From contig OZ244561.1 in assembly GCA_965217585.1 (NCBI GenBank), positions 2,656,001 to 2,720,000 of the forward strand: 64,000 bases of DNA, in the 5' to 3' direction. Made by a program: the position numbers and the translations under genes. How positions within the stretch are numbered: position 1 is the first letter of the stretch; each line of letters starts with the position of its first letter. This document shows positions 47,238 through 57,099 of this stretch, in pieces. Source of the DNA: Candidatus Latescibacterota bacterium. GTDB lineage: Bacteria; Latescibacterota; UBA2968; UBA8231. Under the pieces are notes generated by a model. It saw only the letters and a program-made list of their open reading frames with translations, ran no database searches and was not told the DNA's origin.

Positions 47238-48476
47238 ATGGCCGAGAACAGCACATTTCGCCTAGCTTGGCGCGGCTTGGGCCGCAACCGCAAGCGCTCG
47301 GCCTTGGCGATAGCGGCGATAGGGCTGGGGCAGTTTGCCTTCTTGGCCACGGCTGGGATCATGCGAGGCTATGCCGACCATTACTTCGATTCGGTGACTG
47401 GCCCTTTGGTGGGTCACGTGCAGATCGTGGCACCGGGCTGGCGCGAGGAGCGCGCCGTCGATCAGACGCTGGACAACGTCGAGGCCATGCTAGCGGCGAT
47501 TCGCGGGCAGTCCCAAGTGGCGCGGGCCGTGCCGAGGATTTACGCGCCGGTGTTGGCCGCGCTGGAAGAGGAAGGTTTTGTGGGGATGGTCGTCGGCACC
47601 GATCCAGCACTAGAAGGGGTCGCGGACGGCCTGTTGGGCAGCGAAGAGCTGGCCGGCCTCTTGGGAGACGGCCGAGTGCTAGTGGGGAAGGGCTTGGCGC
47701 GGCAGCACGGCATCGAGACCGGTGCCGAACTGGCCGTGGTAGGCCAAGACATTGACGGCTCCATTGCCAGCGAGCTATACGAGGTGGCGGCGGTTGTCGA
47801 ATCGCCGGTGGAACTCGTCAACAGCATCGGCATCGTCGCCGGGCTGCAAGACGCGCGAGCGCTCCTGAGAATGGATGACGAAGCGCACGAGATTGCCGTC
47901 CGCTTGCACGAGGCCGAGCAGGTAGATCAGGTCGCAGACTCGCTCGGCGCGCAGCCCGCCCTGCAAGGGACGGAAATCAAGCTCTGGCACGAGGTCGTAC
48001 CTCAGCTAGCCGGGATCATCCGAATGATGGACATGTATTCGCTGGTGGTTTTGGGGATCGTCTGCTTGGCGTCCATCGCCGGCATTGCCAATACCATGAT
48101 GATGTCCACCTTTGAGCGCCGCCGCGAGTTGGGGATGTTGTTGGCACTGGGCGCGAATCCGGGCCGGCTCTTTCGGATGGTGGCGACCGAGGCCGTGCTG
48201 TTGGGTGCTTTGGGGGTGTTGCTGGGTACCGCGCTAGGTGCGTGTTTTGCGGAGTTGACAGCTGGATCGGGCTTTGACCTCGCCGAGTTGGGCGGTGAGG
48301 AGTCGTTTGAAATGGGCTTCCAAGGCGTGCAGATCGCCTCGCGGGTCTATCCCGAAATGCGCGCGGCCGACGTATTGGTCGGCGTGTCGGCGGTGCTGGT
48401 GACGGCCCTTTCCGCCTGCGTCTGGCCGCTGCTGCACGTCGCGCGGCTGGAGCCGGTGGAGGCCATGCGGACATGA
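47238..48476 (+). CDS. LolE/FtsX-like ABC permease
   Basis: LAWRGLGRN.KRS, GHVQI, ERRRELGMLLALG and L.PVEAMR. Confidence 0.88.
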   Translation: MAENSTFRLAWRGLGRNRKRSALAIAAIGLGQFAFLATAGIMRGYADHYFDSVTGPLVGHVQIVAPGWREERAVDQTLDNVEAMLAAIRGQSQVARAVPRIYAPVLAALEEEGFVGMVVGTDPALEGVADGLLGSEELAGLLGDGRVLVGKGLARQHGIETGAELAVVGQDIDGSIASELYEVAAVVESPVELVNSIGIVAGLQDARALLRMDDEAHEIAVRLHEAEQVDQVADSLGAQPALQGTEIKLWHEVVPQLAGIIRMMDMYSLVVLGIVCLASIAGIANTMMMSTFERRRELGMLLALGANPGRLFRMVATEAVLLGALGVLLGTALGACFAELTAGSGFDLAELGGEESFEMGFQGVQIASRVYPEMRAADVLVGVSAVLVTALSACVWPLLHVARLEPVEAMRT

Positions 48477-49711
48477 GTGCCAATCTGTCGCTTCAATACG
48501 CCTTGCGCTCGCTGGGGCGCAGTCGCCGCCGGACGAGCCTGTCCGTCTTGGGCGTGGGGCTAGGGTGCGCCATTGCGCTCTTTGCCACGGCCTTTATGCG
48601 CGGCGGTCAAACCATGCGGGTGCAGGCCATTTCCCAGAGCGGATACGGCCACCTGCGGATCGCGCCCGAAGGCTGGGAGCAGAGTCGGCGCGACGATCTG
48701 CGCTTGCAGGACTCGGCGGCCGCGCTCGCAGCCGTGCGCGGCCTCGAAGGCGTAGCTGTAGTGGCCGCCCACGTGCGGGTGCAGGGCCTGTTGGCCTTTG
48801 GCACGCGGGTGGCCGGAGTCCAGCTTTTGGGCGTGGATCCAGCCGCCGAGCCTCGGCTCAACAGGCTGGTGCGCACGGTCGACGAGGGACGTTACTTGCA
48901 GGCAGGCGACAAGGGCTCGGTGGTCGTCGGTAAAACCCTCGTCGAGCGCTTGGACGTAGAGCTGGGGGACGATTTGTTGTTGACGCTGACGCGCGCCGAC
49001 GGGGAGATGGAGTACGCGATGCTGCGGATCGTCGGGATCGTATCTACCGGCAGCCGCACGATTGACGAGACCATCTGCCACGCGATGCTCGCCGATGTCG
49101 AGAGCATGACGGGCCTGAAGGGCGTGGCCGAGGTGTCGGTAGCCTTCTCGGACCCGCAACAGGTGGCGGCGCTCTCGGCCGAGCTGGCGCAGCGAGTGCA
49201 GGGCGACGAAGTGCTCACTTGGCGCGAGGTCCTGCCGGCGATGAGCGGCGACGCGGCGGCCGACCAAGCTTTTTCCAGCTTTTTTATTGTGGTCGTAGCC
49301 GCGGTGGTAATTTTGGGCGTGACGAGCGCACAACTGACGGCCATGCTGGAAAGGAGGCGCGAATTTGCCGTGCTAATGGCGCTGGGACTCAGGGAATTCA
49401 AGCTGGTGGGATTGGTGCTTTTCGAGGCCGTGTTCATGGGCGCGTTCGGTGCGCTCTTGGGCCTGTTGCTGGCGTTGCCGCTCGTTTGGCACACGGCGAC
49501 GGCGGGGGTTGATTTTTCCGCGATGATGGGAGACGATATGACGGTCATGGGGGTCTTCTTCGACCCGATAATCTACGCGGACATGGGGCTGTGGATGCTG
49601 CCCTACGCCTTTGGCTTGGGGCTTTGTGCGACGCTTTTGGCCGCGCTTTATCCGGCTTGGTCTGCCACGCGCTTGGATCCGGCGGCGGCCCTGAGCCAGC
49701 GGGATGCGTGA
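48473..49711 (+). CDS. LolE/FtsX-like ABC permease (second)
   Basis: ALRSLGR..RRT, ERRREFAVLMALG and YPAW.A.RLDPA.AL. Confidence 0.88.
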   Translation: MSANLSLQYALRSLGRSRRRTSLSVLGVGLGCAIALFATAFMRGGQTMRVQAISQSGYGHLRIAPEGWEQSRRDDLRLQDSAAALAAVRGLEGVAVVAAHVRVQGLLAFGTRVAGVQLLGVDPAAEPRLNRLVRTVDEGRYLQAGDKGSVVVGKTLVERLDVELGDDLLLTLTRADGEMEYAMLRIVGIVSTGSRTIDETICHAMLADVESMTGLKGVAEVSVAFSDPQQVAALSAELAQRVQGDEVLTWREVLPAMSGDAAADQAFSSFFIVVVAAVVILGVTSAQLTAMLERRREFAVLMALGLREFKLVGLVLFEAVFMGAFGALLGLLLALPLVWHTATAGVDFSAMMGDDMTVMGVFFDPIIYADMGLWMLPYAFGLGLCATLLAALYPAWSATRLDPAAALSQRDA

Positions 49712-50414
49712 TATGGATAAAGTGCTAGTAGCCGCTCAAGGCGTGAAAAAGGTGTTTCGGGCGGGAGATATTGCCGTGGAGGCCCTGCGCGGAATCGACC
49801 TCGAAATCGGCGGCGGGGAGTTCATGGCCATCGTCGGGCCGAGCGGCAGCGGCAAGACGACGCTGCTCAATCTAATCGGCGCGCTCGACGTGCCCACTGG
49901 CGGGCACATTGTGCTCTTTGGCCGCGACTTGGGGCCGCTGAGCCGCAGCGAGCGGGCCGAATTGCGGCTTCGATCCTTGGGCTTTGTGTTCCAAGCCTAC
50001 AACTTGGTGCCGGTGTTGACGGCGCGCGAAAACGTGGAGTTTGTGCTAGAGTTGCAGGGCATGGACCCAAAGAAGCGGCGGGCGCGAGCCGAGGAGACGC
50101 TAGCTGAGCTAGGGCTAAGCGAGCTCGCCCGCCGGCGGCCCAGCCAGATGTCGGGCGGCCAGCAGCAGCGGGTGGCCGTGGCGCGGGCCGTAGCTTCGCG
50201 GCCGGGCTTGGTGCTCGCCGACGAGCCGACGGCCAACCTCGACAGCGACAACGCGCAGGCTCTCTTGCAGATGATGCGGCGGCTCCGCGACGAGATGGGC
50301 ATGGCCTTTGTCTTTTCGACGCACGATCCCTTGGTGGTTTCTTATGCCTCGCGGGTGGTTACTTTGCGCGATGGCGAGGTGCTGAGCGACGAACGCAAGG
50401 GGGCATGCGACTGA
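49704..50414 (+). CDS. LolD-like ABC ATP-binding protein
   Basis: GPSGSGKTT, GFVFQAYNL, MSGGQQQRVA, ADEPTANLD and THD. Confidence 0.93.
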   Translation: MRDMDKVLVAAQGVKKVFRAGDIAVEALRGIDLEIGGGEFMAIVGPSGSGKTTLLNLIGALDVPTGGHIVLFGRDLGPLSRSERAELRLRSLGFVFQAYNLVPVLTARENVEFVLELQGMDPKKRRARAEETLAELGLSELARRRPSQMSGGQQQRVAVARAVASRPGLVLADEPTANLDSDNAQALLQMMRRLRDEMGMAFVFSTHDPLVVSYASRVVTLRDGEVLSDERKGACD

Positions 50415-51622
50415 CGCTGGCAGTTCTCTTGGCAGCGCAGCCCGCGTTTGGCATCAGCTTGTGGTCAAATGTTGACGGGAGTCGCTACTGGGCACTGGAT
50501 GCTGCGGTGAAGTGGACCGCGCTCTCGTCGTACGCACCCGACGCGCCGCTGCTGTATCCCAAGAGTTGGAGCGCAGCCGCACTGGGAAGGGGGCGGCTCG
50601 CGCTGAGAGGCCAAGCCGCGACGGATCTGCACGTGCGCTTGGCCTACGAGCAACGGGCGCGGGCGGTGTCCACGGGTGCTGGCGCGGGCGGGGGCGCAGG
50701 TATCTTGGTGCCGGAGAGCCACGCGCCGTATCGGCTCAAACAGTTCGATGACGCGCTGGCGATGGGCGAGAACATCGCCTATCGGCACGAGCTAGACCGC
50801 GCATTCGTCGCTTGGCACCTAGGGCGTGGCGAGCTACAAATTGGCCGCCAAGCCATTGGGTGGGGGCGCGGCGTGCTCTTTGGCGCAGTGGATATTTTCG
50901 CGCCGTTTAATCCCTTAGAAAGCGATCGCGAATGGCGGCGTGGCGTGGATGCGCTGCGCGTTTCCGTGCCGCTGGCGGATCGCTTTTCGCTAGACGCGGT
51001 AGCGGCTGGCGGTTCATCGGTTGACGAATCGGCCTTTGTGGGGCGGCTCTACGGCTATATCGACGCGCTCGACGGAGAGTTGCTGCTAGGGCGTCGCCGC
51101 GGCGATGGCTTTGTCGGCACAGCTATGTCCGTGCGGGTCAAAGGCGCTGAGATACACGGCGAGTTAGCATCGTTCAAGACGCCTGCCACAGCAGGGGGCG
51201 AGGTGGTGCTCAAAGCCCTTGTGGGCGGTTCGTACGCATGGGACACCCAAGGCGGCTTGTTGCTCGTGAGCGAATATCACTTCTCGGGCTTTGGCGTTAG
51301 CGATATTGCCGAGCTATATACGGCCCCTTACCTGGAGCGCCTGATCCAAGGAGACGCGCAGATCTTGGGGCGGCACGCCGGAGCCTTGCAGCTATCGCAG
51401 GGGATCACGGGCACTCTGCCGAGGACGTTGGGTTGGCTCTTTTCCCCGATAGATGGCTCCGGAGTGCTAACGGGCGTGGTGACGTGGATTTTCTCCGACG
51501 CGCTGACCATGGCGGCCAGTGCGTACTGGCCCTATGGGGAGAGGCCGAGCGGATATGCCTTGAGAAGCGAGTATGGGGGAGGGGCAAAGAGTGGGTTGGC
51601 GCAGATTAGTTTTTACTATTGA
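50405..51622 (+). CDS. Putative outer-membrane beta-barrel of the Lol-like ABC operon
   Basis: Signal peptide; LDRAFV, IGRQAIGWG, D.E.R.GVDA and terminal aromatic residues. Confidence 0.6.
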   Translation: MRLTLAVLLAAQPAFGISLWSNVDGSRYWALDAAVKWTALSSYAPDAPLLYPKSWSAAALGRGRLALRGQAATDLHVRLAYEQRARAVSTGAGAGGGAGILVPESHAPYRLKQFDDALAMGENIAYRHELDRAFVAWHLGRGELQIGRQAIGWGRGVLFGAVDIFAPFNPLESDREWRRGVDALRVSVPLADRFSLDAVAAGGSSVDESAFVGRLYGYIDALDGELLLGRRRGDGFVGTAMSVRVKGAEIHGELASFKTPATAGGEVVLKALVGGSYAWDTQGGLLLVSEYHFSGFGVSDIAELYTAPYLERLIQGDAQILGRHAGALQLSQGITGTLPRTLGWLFSPIDGSGVLTGVVTWIFSDALTMAASAYWPYGERPSGYALRSEYGGGAKSGLAQISFYY

Positions 51623-51671
51623 TGGGGTCGTCGCAGTTATAGGCCGGTAACTTCTCCCGGTGTGCTAAGCG

Positions 51672-52121
51672 TCAGGTGCGGCTTTGCAAAAGCGCGGCGA
51701 TTTCGGCGTGGCCCTGTTGCTCGGCCCAAGCCAGCGGGGCCGTCCATGGCGCACCCGCCAGCGGCTCGACCGAAGCCCCGTGCTCCAAGAGCAAAGCGGC
51801 CAGCTTGGCCAAGCCGTAGCGGCAGGCGTGGCCCAGAGGCGTGGACTGGAGTTCGTCGTCGCGGGTTTCCAAGTCGGCACCATAGTCTATGAGCAACTCG
51901 GCGAACGGGAGCTTCTCTGCGTCGGCCCCGGCAGCTAAGAGCGCGGCCACGATCTCGGCGTACCCCTCGCGGGCGGCGAACTGGATCGCCAACTGGCCGT
52001 TTTGGGTGATGGGCTGGCGGGCGAGCAGGGCGTTTTGGGCAAGTATCTCCTCGACTTGGGCCAGATCGCCGGCTTGGGCGGCGTCACACAACTGTTGCAC
52101 GGTCGGCGTTTGCTCGGCCAT
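51672..52121 (-). CDS. Ankyrin repeat protein
   Basis: AAREG..EIV..LL.AGAD, STPLGHA, TAPL.WA..QGH.EIA.LL. Confidence 0.8.
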   Translation of the reverse strand: MAEQTPTVQQLCDAAQAGDLAQVEEILAQNALLARQPITQNGQLAIQFAAREGYAEIVAALLAAGADAEKLPFAELLIDYGADLETRDDELQSTPLGHACRYGLAKLAALLLEHGASVEPLAGAPWTAPLAWAEQQGHAEIAALLQSRT

Positions 52122-52212
52122 GGTGCGTTCCTTTCTTTTAGAAGTTTCTGGCGATACTAGTCGGCCGATATAACCGCCGCAAGCGTTTTTTCTACCCTAA
52201 GCAGAGGTGTTG

Positions 52213-52938
52213 ATGTCGTTGATCACTGTCATTGGCCGCGGCCACTCGGGCACGCGCGCCATAGCCCACACTCTCTATGCCAGCGGCGTTTTTATGGGCC
52301 ATACGCTCAATCGCTCGGGCGACAAGGTGCCGCCCCACGCGCTCTACGCCGCCTGTCGGGTCATGGCCAAATACGTCAAGTGGAAAGGTGGCCTAGAGTG
52401 GGATTTCGACGATTTGCACAGCGCGAAAATTGACCCGGAATTCGAGGACTTGATCGGCGAATACCTGCAAGACATTGCGTCCGACCGCTCGGAGCACAAG
52501 GGTTGGAAGCTGCCTGAGACGACGTTGATTTACCCGTGGATTGTGCGGATGTTTCCCGACATCCACTACATTCACTGGATCCGCGATCCGCGCGACAGCA
52601 TCATCGGTGCCCACAAGACCGATGACCTAGCGGATTTCGGCGTCGAGTACGAGCGCACGGACGACATTCGGCGGCGGCGGGCCATTTCGTGGAAATACCA
52701 ATACGAGCTGATGAAGGCCACGCCCAAACCAAAGAAGTGGATGTTGGTGCGGTTCGAGGATTTTGTGCTGAAGCAGGAGGAAGTGTTGCGGGAGTTGGAG
52801 GCGCTTTTGGGGTTTGAGTTGGGACGGATCGTGGTGCGGCCGGAGTCGCTTGGGCGGTGGAAAACGGACCGGGAGCAGCACATGTTTGACTTTTTTAAGG
52901 ATGCCATGGACGAAAACGGATACGGAGAGATGCCATGA
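52213..52938 (+). CDS. Sulfotransferase family protein
   Basis: GRGHSGT PAPS loop, GWKLP, IRDPRDS and VRFEDF. Confidence 0.8.
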   Translation: MSLITVIGRGHSGTRAIAHTLYASGVFMGHTLNRSGDKVPPHALYAACRVMAKYVKWKGGLEWDFDDLHSAKIDPEFEDLIGEYLQDIASDRSEHKGWKLPETTLIYPWIVRMFPDIHYIHWIRDPRDSIIGAHKTDDLADFGVEYERTDDIRRRRAISWKYQYELMKATPKPKKWMLVRFEDFVLKQEEVLRELEALLGFELGRIVVRPESLGRWKTDREQHMFDFFKDAMDENGYGEMP

Positions 52939-53762
52939 AAATCAGCTTTACGACGTTGGGCTGTCCAGAGTGGGATTTGGATACCATTTGCCGCAGGGGC
53001 CGCGAATACGGCTACGAAGGCGTCGATTTCCGCGGGTTGCAGGAGACGATGGATATTACCCAATTGCCGGCCTTCACCAGCGGAGTCGTCCAGACTCGAC
53101 GCCAGCTAGCAGACGCTGGCATGGAGGTGTCGGGAATTAGCTCCAGCATCCGGGTCTGCGTGCCGGAGAAGCTAGAGGAGAACGTAGAGGAAGCGCGGCG
53201 CTCGATTCCAGTGGCCAATGCGTTGGGCTGCGGAGCGATCCGAGTTTTCGGCGGCGGCGATTCCAAGACCTATTCCAAGGAGGAGCTGGCCGACATCGGG
53301 CGGGAGACGATGGAACAGATCCTCGAATTGGATGGAGCCTGCCAACTCAAGTGGCTTTTTGAGACCCACGACGAGTGGATCAAGGCGGTGGAGTGCAAGC
53401 TGCTGCTCGACCGCATTCCGAACGAGGCGTTCGGCGTACTCTGGGACATGGGTCACACGGCGCGGGTGGGTGAGGAGTCGCCGGCGCAGACCTATGAGGC
53501 AGTGGGGCCGCGCATAGGTTACACCCACGTCAAGGACGCCGTCTATGATCCCGATCACGCCGAGGCGATGAAGGATGGTTGGCGCTACGTACCGCCGGGC
53601 ACGGGCCAATTGCCCTTAGAAGAGGCGATAGCCCTGCTCAAGGGACACGGGTACGACGGCTGGATCATGTTTGAGCACGAGAAGCGCTGGCACCGCGAGC
53701 TGGAGTCGCCGGAGGAGATATTCCCGATCTTTTCGGCTTGGGTCAGACCGTTGCTCGGTTAG
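52935..53762 (+). CDS. Sugar phosphate isomerase/epimerase (xylose-isomerase-like TIM barrel)
   Basis: SFTTLGCPEW, ETHD, WDMGH, HVKD and EHEKRW. Confidence 0.88.
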   Translation: MKISFTTLGCPEWDLDTICRRGREYGYEGVDFRGLQETMDITQLPAFTSGVVQTRRQLADAGMEVSGISSSIRVCVPEKLEENVEEARRSIPVANALGCGAIRVFGGGDSKTYSKEELADIGRETMEQILELDGACQLKWLFETHDEWIKAVECKLLLDRIPNEAFGVLWDMGHTARVGEESPAQTYEAVGPRIGYTHVKDAVYDPDHAEAMKDGWRYVPPGTGQLPLEEAIALLKGHGYDGWIMFEHEKRWHRELESPEEIFPIFSAWVRPLLG

Positions 53763-53768
53763 CCGGTG

Positions 53769-55070
53769 ATGCAGCTACACTATCCCAAGGTCGCCCTGCA
53801 CGTGCCGACCTTGCTCCTACCGCGAGCAGATATTCCCCTCGAAACTTGGTCAGTCATTGCCTGTGACCAGTACACCTCGCAGCCCGAATACTGGGAGGAA
53901 GTGCGGCGGATTGTCGGAGCCGACCCTTCGACACTATATCTGGTTTTTCCCGAAGCATATCTCGGGTTAGCTGACCGCAAACAGGCCATCGCCGGCATTA
54001 ACCAGCGGATGCAGGCGTATCTCAAAAGCGGCGCACTGGTAGAGCAGCGGCCCGGGTTTATGCTGGTGGAGCGGGAAGTGGGACGCGCCGCACCGCGCAA
54101 AGGGCTGGTCGTCGCCTTGGACCTGGAGCAGTACGACTACCGAGACGGAGCTCAGAAGCTAATCCGCACGACCGAGGGCACCGATCAGAGTCGGCTGCCG
54201 CCCAGAATCCAAGTGCGGGAGAAGGCGTCGCTGGAAACGCCGCATATCATGGTGCTGATCGACGATCCGCAGCAGACGGTGATTGAGCCGCTTGGCGAAG
54301 AAAACCTGAAGCAGGCCTACGATTTCGAGCTGATGTTAGGAGGAGGCCGACTTAGAGGCTGGCATATTGACGACGGGACGTTGATCGACGAAATCGCCGG
54401 GCGCCTTTCCCGCCTCGCGTGCGGCGAGCCACCGCTGATCTACGCGTTGGGCGATGGCAATCACTCCTTCGCCACAGCGCGCGCCGTCTGGGAGCGGCTC
54501 AAGGCGGAGGCGGCAGACGAGTGCCAGATAATGCATCACCCGGTCTTGGCCGAACTAGTCAATGTCCACGACGAGGGGTTGGAGTTTGCGCCAATCCATC
54601 GGGTGATTTTTGGAGTAGATGCGGCCGATCTCTTGCGGGCAATGGAGACACACTGCACAGAGTGGGGATTTAGCCATCGGACCTTCACTGATCGGGATCG
54701 ATGGGAGACCGCCTGTCGCGAAGCGGCCGTCGGCCCGGGGCACCACATTCCCTATATAAGCGAGACAGAGCGCGGCCTGTTGAATATCGCCAGACCCAAC
54801 TTCCAGCTCGAAGTAGCGTCCTTGCAGGCCTTTTTGGACCGCTATCTCGACGCGCATCCCCGCGCCCGTCTCGACTATATTCACGGCGATGATGTGCTAG
54901 AGAAGCTGACTGCGGAGCCGGACAGCGTCGGCTTCTTGCTGCCGGCGAGGGACAAGCGCGATTTGTTCAAGACGATCATCATGGACGGGGCCACGCCGCG
55001 CAAGACGTTCTCGCTGGGCGAGGCTGAAGAGAAGCGCTACTACTTGGAGTGTCGGCGGTTGGTGCCGTGA
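53769..55070 (+). CDS. DUF1015 family protein
   Basis: WSVIACDQYTS, IRTTEGT, GDGNHS.ATA and PRKTFSLG. Confidence 0.85.
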   Translation: MQLHYPKVALHVPTLLLPRADIPLETWSVIACDQYTSQPEYWEEVRRIVGADPSTLYLVFPEAYLGLADRKQAIAGINQRMQAYLKSGALVEQRPGFMLVEREVGRAAPRKGLVVALDLEQYDYRDGAQKLIRTTEGTDQSRLPPRIQVREKASLETPHIMVLIDDPQQTVIEPLGEENLKQAYDFELMLGGGRLRGWHIDDGTLIDEIAGRLSRLACGEPPLIYALGDGNHSFATARAVWERLKAEAADECQIMHHPVLAELVNVHDEGLEFAPIHRVIFGVDAADLLRAMETHCTEWGFSHRTFTDRDRWETACREAAVGPGHHIPYISETERGLLNIARPNFQLEVASLQAFLDRYLDAHPRARLDYIHGDDVLEKLTAEPDSVGFLLPARDKRDLFKTIIMDGATPRKTFSLGEAEEKRYYLECRRLVP

Positions 55071-55074
55071 GCGT

Positions 55075-55140
55075 TGCGGCCCCAATGCGGCCCTCATGCG
55101 GCCCCAATTCTGAGGCCGGACTGCACGGAGGCCGGACTGC
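55075..55140. repeat. Intergenic short tandem repeats: TGCGGCCC(C/T)(A/C)A x3 then GAGGCCGGACTGC x2
   Basis: 11-mers at 55075, 55086 and 55097; 13-mers at 55112 and 55128; between convergent genes. Confidence 0.85.
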
Positions 55141-55145
55141 TGGGC

Positions 55146-56000
55146 CTACCCGGAGTAATCGTATTTACGATTGCGGCTGATATAGTCGATCGGCCCATCG
55201 ACAAATTCAGCTACCGTCTCCAACGCACTATCTGCAAACAGTTCTTCCGTCCCCTTGGGAAACAGCAGCGGCTTCCCTGTGTGCCACCAGCGCGCCCAGT
55301 GGATCATGGCGATCATCGGGCGGGGCTGGTTGCTGAGGTTGGGCATGCCGCGATGCCAGAGGCGCATGTCGCGGACCAGCACGCTGCCGGCGGGCACGTT
55401 CGGCTGCAGGGGTTTGCACTCGTCGCGGAGGCGTTCTTCGATTGCGGGTGGCAGCTTGATGTCGCCGTCGTTGAGGGCGCGGGTGGTGTCTAGGTGGGTG
55501 CCGGGCCACAGTTCGGTGCTGCCGTTTGCGGGCGTGGCATCGACGACGGGCACATTGACGACGATGCCGTAGGCCGGCGTCGCCACTTCGAGATTGGGCC
55601 ACAGCTGACCCGCGTCAACGTGGAGGGGTTGCTGAGTGGTGTTGGGTAGGCAGGTGTTGCCGCTGTAGAAGGCGTTTTTGACGCCCTCGCCGAGTACAGC
55701 TTGAGTTATTTCGACGACGAGGTCGTTGGCCAGCACGTCGCGGAAGAGGTACGGCGGAAAGGGCGGCGGGTCTTGCTGTAGGTGGCCGTCGTTAAACTGA
55801 TAGGGGACGTCGGCGAGGGCGAGAATCTCTTCGACATCGGCGAGCATGCGCTCGCGCAACATTTCGATATGGGCGGGATCAATGGCGCGATGGAGGACGA
55901 CGAAGCCAGAGTCGTGCAGGGCGGCGACGGCCTGTTGCAGGTGCTCCGGTTTTAGCTTGCGCGCGCTGTGTTCGGCCTCACTCAATTCCAATTCGACCAT
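55146..56000 (-). CDS. PhyH family dioxygenase
   Basis: Start MVELELSE (ATG at 56000); QPLHVD, NGSTELWPGTH and WHRGMPN. Confidence 0.88.
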   Translation of the reverse strand: MVELELSEAEHSARKLKPEHLQQAVAALHDSGFVVLHRAIDPAHIEMLRERMLADVEEILALADVPYQFNDGHLQQDPPPFPPYLFRDVLANDLVVEITQAVLGEGVKNAFYSGNTCLPNTTQQPLHVDAGQLWPNLEVATPAYGIVVNVPVVDATPANGSTELWPGTHLDTTRALNDGDIKLPPAIEERLRDECKPLQPNVPAGSVLVRDMRLWHRGMPNLSNQPRPMIAMIHWARWWHTGKPLLFPKGTEELFADSALETVAEFVDGPIDYISRNRKYDYSG

Positions 56001-56005
56001 AGCGT

Positions 56006-56995
56006 TCAGGCGCAGGTGGGGTCTTCGAACGGCCAGCGATTGAAGGAGGGCAGGTTTTCGCCAGTCAGCCTTTCGCGTGCGTCGTACCACGATTGTGCCC
56101 AAGCTTCTGGGTCGCGCAGTTCGCTTGGGGGATATTTGCGGCTGCGAGCGACAAAGCCGGGGAAGAGCGGCCGGCCGGTGGGCTGACCGGTGGGGCTGTA
56201 GCGGAGGTCGAAGCTGATCCGCACCTGCTCGCTGACGTTGGGTAGCGACGAATGGCAGGTCTGCCGGTGCATGAAGAGGACATCGCCGCGCTTCGTTTCG
56301 GCGGTGACGACGCGGTCGAGGGCTAGATCTTGGTCTCGGATAAAGTGGCCGACGCCCTTGAATAAGCAGTGGTGCAATAGTCCGTCGCGGTGGCTGCCGG
56401 AGACGACTTCGATGCAGCCGTGCTCGCGGAAAGCGTTGGTCAGCGGCACCCACACGGTGAGCATGTCGGTCTCGTCGGCCTCGGGCAGCACCACGCCGTT
56501 GTCCTGATGCCAAGGCGTGGCACCGACGGCGAAGCCAGCGATGCGGCCGTGGTGGTCTTTGGGTATGCCGGGTAAGTACTGTTCGGGTGGTTTGATGCGG
56601 ATGTGCTGGACGGGGTTGGAGTAGATTTCCGGGCCGATGAGGTTTTCGATGATGTCGAGGAGCTTTTCGTTGCGCAGCATCGCGAAGGTGGCGGGGCCGA
56701 CGGCAATGGGCGAGTCGGTGCAGATGCCGCCTTGGGGTAGCGAGATGTCGAAGTGCTGGGCGTGAACTTGGCTGGTTTCGTTGTAGATCTGGCAGAGGCG
56801 CTCGTCAAAGCCGAGGTCGGCGTAGGTGGAGGCGATCTGACCCGCGGCGAGAAGCTCGTTGGCAAGGTTGTCGAGGACTTCGTCGTATTCGGCCAAGACG
56901 GGATCGATGTCGGTGGTGGGGTCGAGGAGGTCTTCGACGAGGACGAAGCCGTGCTCGCGGTAGTGGCCGAGTTGGGATGGGGTTAGTTGGGGCAT
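56006..56995 (-). CDS. PhyH family dioxygenase
   Basis: MPQLTPSQ...Y.EHGF; PWHQD, TVWVPL, GSH and HSSLPN...RISFDLRY. Confidence 0.88.
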   Translation of the reverse strand: MPQLTPSQLGHYREHGFVLVEDLLDPTTDIDPVLAEYDEVLDNLANELLAAGQIASTYADLGFDERLCQIYNETSQVHAQHFDISLPQGGICTDSPIAVGPATFAMLRNEKLLDIIENLIGPEIYSNPVQHIRIKPPEQYLPGIPKDHHGRIAGFAVGATPWHQDNGVVLPEADETDMLTVWVPLTNAFREHGCIEVVSGSHRDGLLHHCLFKGVGHFIRDQDLALDRVVTAETKRGDVLFMHRQTCHSSLPNVSEQVRISFDLRYSPTGQPTGRPLFPGFVARSRKYPPSELRDPEAWAQSWYDARERLTGENLPSFNRWPFEDPTCA

Positions 56996-57099
56996 AGATT
57001 GGATTCCTATTTGATGCGTCATCGCGCCCTCGGCGTATTGGACGAAGGCGATATCGTGTAGTTATGGATTGGTTCTAATCACTGAGCGAGAGGTGTCGA

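Noticed and set aside
55075-55140. Possible mini CRISPR array
   Set aside because: Units are too short, there are no unique spacers and no cas genes are present.
55146-56513. 455-aa version of the PhyH ORF
   Set aside because: The N-terminal 171 aa overlap the upstream PhyH gene in another frame; the real start is at 56000.
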